From NCBI GenBank assembly GCA_041489155.1, contig JBGPQP010000013.1, positions 1-24,855 of the forward strand: 24,855 bases of DNA, written 5' to 3'. Below, piece after piece: positions 17,027 to 24,700 of this stretch. The notes under the pieces were generated by a model that worked only from the letters and a program-made list of their open reading frames with translations, had not been told where the DNA came from and made no database searches. The DNA comes from Candidatus Aenigmatarchaeota archaeon (lineage in GTDB: Archaea; Aenigmatarchaeota; Aenigmatarchaeia; QMZP01; QMZT01). The position numbers were made by a program, and so were the translations under genes. Each line of letters starts with the position of its first letter. The first letter of the stretch is position 1.

Positions 17027-17171
17027 GGGGCTGTGAGGTAGTCCGGCATCCTGGCGGGCTCCAGTAAAGCGAAAATGCGAATTGGAGCTTTGAGGGTATT
17101 TTGAGGATTTCCCAAATATCCTGTGACGAAAGAGATACCCGCATACCTGGGTTCAAATCCCAGCGGCCCCA
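17027..17171 (+). tRNA. tRNA-Trp(CCA) with a 72-nt intron at position 37/38 (intron 17065-17136)
   Basis: Acceptor stem GGGGCTG/CGGCCCC; anticodon stem GCGGG/CCCGC; loop CT-CCA-G[intron]A with CCA at 17061-17063; T arm CTGGG-TTCAAAT-CCCAG. Confidence 0.93.
17065..17136 (+). ncRNA. Intron-encoded box C/D-like 2'-O-methylation guide RNA
   Basis: AUUGGAGCU (17081-17089) is complementary to the tRNA's own GGCUCCAGU and is followed by D-like UUGA; the +5 rule points to C34. A C-like GUGACGA lies at 17123-17129. tRNA-Trp introns acting as C/D guides are established in Euryarchaeota. Confidence 0.7.
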
Positions 17172-17259
17172 TGTAACTTTTTTATAAAAAATATAGATGA
17201 AAATAACTATGGGAAACAACTATATCATATTGATAAGCTAATGCCCTAAATTATGATTA

Positions 17260-18189
17260 ATGAAAAAAATAGCTATACTCTCAATTATCTTGATAGTTCT
17301 TGTTAGCCTTTGTGTTAATAAACAGCCACAATCGTCTGGCGGCGGTATTGAAACACCACCACAAAAGACTCCAGAATCTACGTCATCGTCGGTGCCTATT
17401 TCAGTGCCCAATACGAGCGCATGTGCAATTACCTCACCGCCACCGAGCATGGAAGGTATCAATACTCATCCTGAAGTATACGGTACGGGTGCGGACCCAA
17501 ATATCATAACATTAGGCCCCAAAGTTGGCGCTCACCCGGATTGGCAGCCCTACGAGAATAAGTTTAGCATGGAATTCGAACTTCAACGCGGAACGCCCGT
17601 ACTTGCGCCTGTCGACATGGTGCTGATAGGGATCAACAACAGGGGCGCTGCTTATCGTATTCAAGAGGGAGAAAAAGTAAGCCCATTCGATGATTTGGGG
17701 TTATACTTTGAGTCTGCCAGTCCTGATTGGCCAAAGATGATAATATTTACCTATCACTTAATGAGTTCACCGCTGGTGCTTAAAGACAATCAAAGTGAAA
17801 TTGAAGAGTGGGGAACGGTTTTTCGAGCCCAGGGGCATCTCTTTTATGACTTCACCGATTATATGGCCCCAGAAAATGCGATTTCATGCGATGCCATGAT
17901 TGGACGCTTGGTAAAACGTGGCGAACTGATTGGATTCGCTGGTAATGTCGGTACCCACTCCATGGCCCCTTTTGCTTTTAAAGTGTCACATACGTCAGAA
18001 AATCCGACCGTTCAAAAAGGGAACCGCTACCTTCATTGGGTACAACCAAGCTCGTTCTTTTACTGGAAATGTTACAGTCCTGATGCGAATTTTCCCAGTG
18101 GCGTGCTTGCTTATCCCTTCGAATGTGAAGGGTATCAACTTCCTACCGAGCAGCATGATGTGAATTTCAAGTACACATCAACGGAATAA
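17260..18189 (+). CDS. Predicted lipoprotein with a degenerate M23/LytM-peptidase-like fold
   Basis: Lipoprotein-like signal MKKIAILSIILIVLVSLC, then a Ser/Pro/Thr linker. Scaffold motifs GTPVLAP, YHL and VKRGELIGFAGNVG are present, but the HxxxD and HxH zinc ligands are absent. Confidence 0.75.
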   Translation: MKKIAILSIILIVLVSLCVNKQPQSSGGGIETPPQKTPESTSSSVPISVPNTSACAITSPPPSMEGINTHPEVYGTGADPNIITLGPKVGAHPDWQPYENKFSMEFELQRGTPVLAPVDMVLIGINNRGAAYRIQEGEKVSPFDDLGLYFESASPDWPKMIIFTYHLMSSPLVLKDNQSEIEEWGTVFRAQGHLFYDFTDYMAPENAISCDAMIGRLVKRGELIGFAGNVGTHSMAPFAFKVSHTSENPTVQKGNRYLHWVQPSSFFYWKCYSPDANFPSGVLAYPFECEGYQLPTEQHDVNFKYTSTE

Positions 18190-18297
18190 AATAGGATTGA
18201 ATGGAAGCTACCCAAGGAGCGGCAGGCTGGAGAGGAATTCTTATAGTTGTTGATATGGTTATATGAAAATAACGAAACCCACGCTTTCTTTCACGTT

Positions 18298-18317
18298 TTT
18301 ATTGAGACCTCAATAAA
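18298..18317. promoter_or_regulatory. Operator-like inverted repeat overlapping the pilin-cluster promoter
   Basis: TTTATTGAG-ac-CTCAATAAA (9-bp arms), ending 8 nt before the ATG at 18326 and overlapping a TATA-like TTTTTATT. Confidence 0.55.
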
Positions 18318-18325
18318 GAATAATC

Positions 18326-18730
18326 ATGAGGGCCCAGACTGCTTTCGAGTTCATGGTAATAGCTATATTCGTACTTGCTTTTCTTACTCCCATCTGGATC
18401 TATCTGGTACAAATACAAACGGAAACCAACGACCAGTTCACGTTGTCATATGCCAAGAACGCAGTAACCCAGATAGCGAAGAAGGCCGACCTAGTTTATT
18501 CGCAGAGGATGGATGCAAGGATAAGATTGGAAATCTATATACCGCGGGGCGTGCAGGATATAAACATCTCTGGAAACGAGATAAACATGAAGATATTGTC
18601 ATCTTCGGGAACAGTAGACGTTTTTGCCACGTCGATCGCACAGCTCCAGGGAAATCTTCCAACCGAAGAAGGGCTCTATATGGTCATGCTTAAGGCCGAA
18701 GGGGACTACGTAAACGTGACGCTTGCTTGA
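18326..18730 (+). CDS. Type IV pilin-like protein (class III signal peptide)
   Basis: MRA|QTAFEF followed by a hydrophobic helix, with E at +5. Confidence 0.88.
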   Translation: MRAQTAFEFMVIAIFVLAFLTPIWIYLVQIQTETNDQFTLSYAKNAVTQIAKKADLVYSQRMDARIRLEIYIPRGVQDINISGNEINMKILSSSGTVDVFATSIAQLQGNLPTEEGLYMVMLKAEGDYVNVTLA

Positions 18731-18748
18731 TTTGTAATCGGACTTGAG

Positions 18749-19399
18749 ATGTGTGAAAAAATGAAAAAAATGAAAATTGTCGCCATCGGCGTAGTGCTGC
18801 TTTCATTTGCAATAGGCATATATTTTTACGGCCAGGCACCTGACATCATACCTTCGCACTGGAACATAAAGGGCGAGGTCGATGACTACACACCAAAATT
18901 CGGGGGCATGTTCTTGGTCCCCCTGCTCATGGGTTGCTTCCTGCTGCTTTTTGAAGCGATACCCAGGATGGACCCGTTGAAAGCGAACATTGAAAAATTC
19001 AGGATGCATTATGAACGGTTCATTGTGCTCATCCTTATGTTCTTTTTATACGTCTACCTGCTCACGCTTTCCTGGGCAATGGGGATGAGCTTCAACATGA
19101 TACAGGCCCTTTCACCGGCCTTCGGCATATTGTTTTTCTACTGCGGCATTCTCATAGCCAACGCGAAGCAGAACTGGTTCATAGGAATACGCACACCGTG
19201 GACCATGAGCAGCGAAAAGGTCTGGAATAAAACCCACAGAATTGGCGGGAAGCTGTTCAAGGCAGCAGGCATAATTTCTTTATGCGGAATCTTACTGCCT
19301 GATTACGCGATTTTCATCGTCCTGGCTCCGGTAATTTTATTTTCGGTCTACTTGGTAGTTTATTCCTATCTGGAATACAAAAAGGAGAAGAGAGCATGA
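18749..19399 (+). CDS. SdpI/DUF1648-family membrane (immunity-like) protein
   Basis: Motifs PDIIPSHWNIKGEVD and NWFIGIRTPWTMSSEKVWNKTHRIGG, with about six TM helices. Exact start Met uncertain. Confidence 0.9.
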   Translation: MCEKMKKMKIVAIGVVLLSFAIGIYFYGQAPDIIPSHWNIKGEVDDYTPKFGGMFLVPLLMGCFLLLFEAIPRMDPLKANIEKFRMHYERFIVLILMFFLYVYLLTLSWAMGMSFNMIQALSPAFGILFFYCGILIANAKQNWFIGIRTPWTMSSEKVWNKTHRIGGKLFKAAGIISLCGILLPDYAIFIVLAPVILFSVYLVVYSYLEYKKEKRA

Positions 19400-19779
19400 A
19401 AGCTCAGGTAGCCATCGAGTTCATGATGATTTTCGGGGTTTTTCTGTTAGGCATAACCATCGTCGCCCTCGCCGCATGGAACAACATCGCGAACGCGGAA
19501 AAATCTTCGATGGACTTCGAGGCGAGAAGGATACTTAATCTGATAAGCGGCAGGATAAATACTGTCTACCTTGAGGGCCACGGTTTTTCAATAGGCTTAG
19601 CCGTGCCTGAAAAAATAGGCGTAAGCGATTACGCCATTACTATAGATGAAAACACGCTCTGGCTTGAGCTGAATGGAGTTTCCTATACAAGCAAGTTGCT
19701 TGCCTCGAACATAACCGGCAGCGTTAAAAGGGGAGAAAACACTTTAACCAACGTGAACGGTGCTGTTGTCTTATCTTAA
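19396..19779 (+). CDS. Type IV pilin-like protein (class III signal peptide)
   Basis: MKA|QVAIEF plus a hydrophobic helix; ATGA overlap with the upstream gene. Confidence 0.88.
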   Translation: MKAQVAIEFMMIFGVFLLGITIVALAAWNNIANAEKSSMDFEARRILNLISGRINTVYLEGHGFSIGLAVPEKIGVSDYAITIDENTLWLELNGVSYTSKLLASNITGSVKRGENTLTNVNGAVVLS

Positions 19780-19796
19780 TAAAATGTGATAATAAC

Positions 19797-20279
19797 ATGA
19801 AAAGGAAGAGGGGACAGGTGTGGTCCCTTGATCTGATCACGTCAATAGTGATTTTTCTCATGGTCCTGATGCCTCTGTTCTTTTTATGGAATTACGTGAA
19901 CAGGCAAAACGAGCAGCAGATACTTTTTGACGAAACTGAGAACCTCGCCCTGTCCGTATCTGACTCTCTTGTCAGAACAAAGGGCATACCAGAAGACTGG
20001 AATACATCGAACGTTAACACGATAGGCCTCGCTACCGAGGAAAACGTTCTTGATGCGGCTAAGGTTTCCTATTTTTTGACGATGGGAGGCAGTGAATACA
20101 ACAGGACCAGAACGATGCTGACCGGCGGCTATGATTTTTTCTTCAATCTCACTGATCTCAACGGAACAAACTATGGAGTAGTCGGGAGCAAACCTGATGA
20201 CAAAACGCTTGTGCCGGTTGAAAGATACTGCCTTTATAATGATAGGATTGCCAAGCTAGAATTCGCAATAATATTCTAA
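19797..20279 (+). CDS. Type IV pilin-like (minor pilin-type) protein
   Basis: MKRKRG|QVWSLD plus a hydrophobic helix, and an LVRTKGIPEDW...IGLA motif I associate with archaeal pilin-locus proteins. Confidence 0.82.
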   Translation: MKRKRGQVWSLDLITSIVIFLMVLMPLFFLWNYVNRQNEQQILFDETENLALSVSDSLVRTKGIPEDWNTSNVNTIGLATEENVLDAAKVSYFLTMGGSEYNRTRTMLTGGYDFFFNLTDLNGTNYGVVGSKPDDKTLVPVERYCLYNDRIAKLEFAIIF

Positions 20280-20287
20280 AACTTAAT

Positions 20288-20551
20288 CTACAGTTCCATC
20301 TCAAGCATTTTATAGCGAATCTTTATCCTGTATCCTGCTTCCTTTATCCTTTTTATGACTTCGATGTCCTGCGTGCCTTTCTTAGAAATAAATTCTTCTA
20401 TACCCAGCTCCACAAGGGCAATGGGGTTAACGATGTCGACCATAACTTCCTTGTCCTTCATCTCTATTTCAGCTGCGGGGGTGTTGCCCATGTATATCAT
20501 GAAATGCGCTTTTCCCACTATGCTCTTGAAAATGTCGGCAAGAATATCCAT
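20288..20551 (-). CDS. Hypothetical protein (87 aa)
   Basis: Fills the gap with natural composition; lies 15 nt downstream of the co-oriented small gene. Confidence 0.75.
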   Translation of the reverse strand: MDILADIFKSIVGKAHFMIYMGNTPAAEIEMKDKEVMVDIVNPIALVELGIEEFISKKGTQDIEVIKRIKEAGYRIKIRYKMLEMEL

Positions 20552-20566
20552 AAAGACACTCTGGCT

Positions 20567-20755
20567 TTATTTCTTGTTTTCAAAAGGGACTATGATAAAC
20601 TCAATGTTGCCGTTAACTTTAACCTTGGACTTGCCTACCTTGAATTCAACGCCGTTAAGGTTTATCTTGGTCCTCGTCTCCTTTCCTTCGAGAATCTCCA
20701 GAAGCTTCTCAAGGAACTCTTCCTTGTCTTTTACTATGTCATCCAGAACTCCCAT
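20567..20755 (-). CDS. Hypothetical protein (62 aa)
   Basis: Shine-Dalgarno GAGGTG (complement of 20761-20766) sits 5 nt before the ATG at 20755. Confidence 0.75.
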   Translation of the reverse strand: MGVLDDIVKDKEEFLEKLLEILEGKETRTKINLNGVEFKVGKSKVKVNGNIEFIIVPFENKK

Positions 20756-20842
20756 CAAACCACCTCGCGATTATTACAGATTATTTTCAATTTCTAACTA
20801 TATATATTTTCAATTTATATCCAAGCAACACAATTCTAAAAC

Positions 20843-21184
20843 ATGTACAAGCAGGTCATAGTCGTTCGCAGGGATTTGAAAATGGACAAGGGCAAGCTCG
20901 CCGCCCAGGTAGCGCATGCCTCTCTCGAGGCCTACAAAAAAGCTGATTCTCGCGACATAGAAGGCTGGGAAAACGAGGGGATGAAAAAGATTGTTGTCTC
21001 AGTAAATGACATAAAAGAGTTTATGGGAATAAAGGAACGCGCTAAGGAGGCCAGGCTGCCGTACGCCGTTATCCGCGACGCAGGAAAAACCCAGCTCGAA
21101 CCGGGAACCGTGACGGCAATGGGCATAGGACCTGCGGAAGACGGGAGGGTAGACAAAATAACAAAGAACCTTAAACTGCTGTGA
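20843..21184 (+). CDS. pth2: Peptidyl-tRNA hydrolase, archaeal/eukaryotic Pth2 type
   Basis: Motifs KQVIVVRRDLKMDKGKLAAQVAHA, KKIVV, IRDAGKTQLEPGTVTAMGIGP and C-terminal LKLL. Confidence 0.97.
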   Translation: MYKQVIVVRRDLKMDKGKLAAQVAHASLEAYKKADSRDIEGWENEGMKKIVVSVNDIKEFMGIKERAKEARLPYAVIRDAGKTQLEPGTVTAMGIGPAEDGRVDKITKNLKLL

Positions 21185-21212
21185 TCCTGGTTTTATCATT
21201 ACTTATTAGGAA

Positions 21213-21241
21213 TTAAATATACGTAAGCTATTAAAGCTTAC
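21213..21241 (+). promoter_or_regulatory. TATA-like box followed by an operator-like inverted repeat
   Basis: TTAAATAT at 21213-21220, then GTAAGCT-attaa-AGCTTAC at 21223-21241. Confidence 0.5.
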
Positions 21242-21295
21242 CACCAAGAACCAAGAATTCAAAAAGATCTGAGTTGTTTGGCTATCACAGGTGAT

Positions 21296-21751
21296 ATGAT
21301 GGACGATAATTATGAGTTGAAAACCGGTGTCGATCTTGCATTCAAGCTGGTGCTCATGAACCAGAGAGTGCCTGTCAGAACGGTAGCTAAAATTCTTGAC
21401 TTCAAGCTGGATTACACGAAAAAGCTGCTTGGCATGCTTGAAAGGAAGAAGATGGGCAGGATGAACTACAAGCCTTTCGGCGAAACGGAAGTCATGATTA
21501 ACAACGGTCACGCTATAGAGGAGATGATTGGCATGAACAGAATGAAGGTTTTCGATTGGATGATAAACTGCCCAAGGGAGGAACGAGGCGTCATGTTCAG
21601 GGTTTCATGCCAGAATTGCGAGCATTTCAAGGATCTTGACGGCAAGATTCTGAAAGGCAAGGAAGGCTATGATTTCAGGCCCGAGCACGTTCTTTGCGGC
21701 TGGGCCAAAATCTTGGAAAACGTGCATTATTTAAAATTTACTCTGAATTAA
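21296..21751 (+). CDS. Putative wHTH protein with a C-terminal Cys-rich (possible zinc-binding) motif
   Basis: SD AGGTGA at 21289-21294 favours ATG 21296 or 21299 over TTG 21278. VPVRTVAKILDFKLDYTKKLLGMLERKKM is HTH-like; CP-x10-CQNCEHF...VLC follows. Confidence 0.7.
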   Translation: MMDDNYELKTGVDLAFKLVLMNQRVPVRTVAKILDFKLDYTKKLLGMLERKKMGRMNYKPFGETEVMINNGHAIEEMIGMNRMKVFDWMINCPREERGVMFRVSCQNCEHFKDLDGKILKGKEGYDFRPEHVLCGWAKILENVHYLKFTLN

Positions 21752-21783
21752 AAATAGTACATCATGGTGAGGTGATTATAGCT

Positions 21784-24700
21784 ATGTTGAAAGGAATACT
21801 GAATAAAGGTTTCGTGAAATACAGCCTGGGGCTGGCAATATTAATTTTGTGCGTTTTTTCGTTGATCATGTACGTCAGACCTACGTCCGGCAAAATCTCG
21901 GACACTGGCCTTATGACGGGCAACGGTGACAACGGAAAGCATAATGGCATTGAAGTCTTGGATTTTTATGAAAACGGCATTGAACCGCAGGCACCGCCAC
22001 AGAATAACAACGACAACGAAAATTCAGGTTCAGACTCAGGTTCGAGCTCTGGCAGTTACGGCAGTTTTGCTTCCAGCTTCGGAGGCAGTTCGGGAGGAGG
22101 CGAAACTGTGCAATCAACAATAGAAATAACGAAAGTGATAGAAGGGCCATACTACGGACAATGCCCTCCTAACGCGCCAACAGATGTTTGCTATCTCGAT
22201 GGTGTCACAAACATAATTGTGAACACAAACGACCCTGACCCTACGGGAACCTGCGAATGGGGCTACTATCTTGACGACAATTACCAGCAATTCTTTGGCT
22301 GGTATGCCACATTCCCTGTGCACTTCCCAGAAGAGACAAAACACGAGCTGCGCATAAGATGCTGGGATGCTCTAGGAAACCCGATGCCAGAAGATGTGGA
22401 AGTGTTCTACGTCGACAAAACACCACCAACAACAACAAAGACTTATGGTCAGCCATTGGTAGAGACACCTACAGGTGGATATCCGAAATGGATAACATCA
22501 CAGACACCTATAATGTTGACAGTTGACGATACAGGTCCGCACAAATCAGGCATAAAGGAGACAATGTATAGGATAACACTTATGCAGGGCAACGAGTCTT
22601 GCCTAAGCAATGACGTGTGCCAGCAACAGCAGACTGGAGGGGGGGTAGATCTCGGAACAGCCGGCAATTTCGCGATTCTGTCAAAATCAGGAATCACCAA
22701 TGTTCCTACATCTGCTATTACTGGAGATGTTGGAACGAGTCCAATCACCGGTGCAGCTATTACTGGACTAGAATGTCCAGAAGTGAATGGGACAATATAC
22801 ACGGTCGATGATGCTGGCCCTTCGTGTAAGGTAATAGACCCGGTCTTACTGACCGCGGCTGTAAGCGACATGGGAGCAGCGTACACCAATCTCTCCGGAC
22901 GAACTCCGGATTATACTGAACTTGGAGCTGGAAATATTGGCGGGATGACACTCGCCCCCGGTGTCTACAAATGGAGTACTGACGTGACAATACCAACAGA
23001 TGTCACCCTCTCGGGCGGCCCAAATGATGTATGGATATTCCAGATAGCAGGAACTCTCAGTATCAGCTCTGATAAGAAGGTTATCCTAAGTGGCGATGCA
23101 CAGGCAAAGAACATCTTCTGGGTGGTCGCTGGCACAACGACACTTGGAACAACATCTGTTTTCAATGGAAATATTCTTGGTGGTTCGGGTGCATCGACGA
23201 TTGCGCTACTTAATGGTGCAACACTAAACGGAAGAGCATTGGCACAAAAAGATGTTACATTAATTGCCAATACTGTCTCATTACCACCTGTTGGGGGGCA
23301 ATTTAACATATATTTATCACCTTTCCAGATACAGCAGGAATCATGCCACATGATTGAATACTACAGCGTTGACAACGTTAATAAGACCGAAATAATAAAG
23401 AGACAGTGCGTGTTCGTTGATAACACGCTTACTTCATACTGTGGCGACGGTGCTGTAAATGCGGGCGAACAGTGCGAGCTGCCTAATACCTATAACAACA
23501 CGTATTGTATACAAAATACTTCACAATGCCAGCCTTCGGGCAGGAAGCTAGGAACGAGGGATGCTTACGGCAACTGCGATGGCAGTTGTGGCTGTACGAA
23601 TGACCCGTTCGTGTACAACTGCGTCAAAGACGTGTGTGGGGCTGAGTGCGACCTGAACAGCGGTTGTCCAGACTACTGCGACGGCAGCGTTAAGCACACG
23701 GGCAGGACTTGCGGCTGGTGCTCGACTTGTCTTTGCACCAATGGGACTGCATTTAATTGTAATTCGCTTGATGCGTGGTACAACACGACCGAAACTAAGT
23801 GGGTAAGCACGGGCGAGTGCACGGAGAAGGAGCAGAAGAAGCAGGAATACAGGGATTATAACTGCGGCACTTCGCCTGCTGTAGATTGTTATTACAATGT
23901 TACCCAGACTAACTGGGTTGACACTGGTCAGAACAGGAACAAACCGGATGGGACGAGCTGTAACGATGGCTTTTGGTGCAGAGATAATGATGTTTGTACG
24001 GCAGGAGTATGTAATGGTGCCACAAAGAACTGCAGCCAGTATAACATACCGATGGTTGCAAGATGTGACAACGTTCCTGATGCAAATTCGTACACGTGGG
24101 ATTATGGAGCAGGCTTCGTAAGCGTTTGTGATGAAGAGCATGACAGGTGTACTACAGGTGAGCAGAATCTGACGCACACGTGCAGCGTGCTTAACTGCAG
24201 CGCACAATGCGACGCTACGCATGGCTGCGCTAATTCTACATGCTCCCAGACGTACAATGATTATTGTAATACGACAAAGCTTGTGGAGTACGACAGCGAC
24301 AAGGTGAAGGATTCGACTACCGTAAATGGCTCGTGCCAGAATTCGTGCAGAAGCAATTGCACGTGCACCAACTGCACAGCCAGCTGCTCACCGCCACCCA
24401 CAAACACGTATTGCGTGAAGGGCGTGTGCGATGCGAGTTGCGCAGTAAACAGCGACTGCACATGTCAGCAGGATGGGTGCGTGGGAAAGGATTATTACGA
24501 TTATCCATCACAGGGTGCTTGCACCAATGGGTGTAGCTGCGACCAAGGTTCATGCACGCCATCGATAAGTTATAATGACCCGAGATGCTCGCATAAGGTT
24601 TGCGATTACCAGTTACAGGCATGCAGCCTAGTGGAAGGTGCGGGTACGAACCAGTGCAGCACATGGCAGGACTGCCAGTTCTGCGGGAATGGCGTGGTCG

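Noticed and set aside
16806..17219. ORFs 16806-17018 (+) and 17019-17219 (-)
   Set aside because: They overlap tRNA-Arg and tRNA-Trp; they are translations of RNA genes.
17223..17235. TATCA-tat-TGATA inverted repeat before the lipoprotein gene
   Set aside because: Only 5-bp arms in AT-rich DNA; expected by chance.
17027..18325. Integrated mobile element at tRNA-Trp
   Set aside because: I found no integrase, transposase or duplicated tRNA 3' end (att site) by eye.
20355..20861. Plus-strand ORFs of 168 and 97 aa
   Set aside because: Antisense to two minus-strand genes with natural composition, one with a clear SD.
22405..22442. ACA/CCA trinucleotide run
   Set aside because: It simply encodes KTPPTTTK; too short to call a contingency repeat.
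22645..23289. Intein or intron as the explanation for the in-frame insertion
   Set aside because: No N-terminal Cys/Ser or C-terminal His-Asn splice motifs and no endonuclease motif; the insert is DUF3494.
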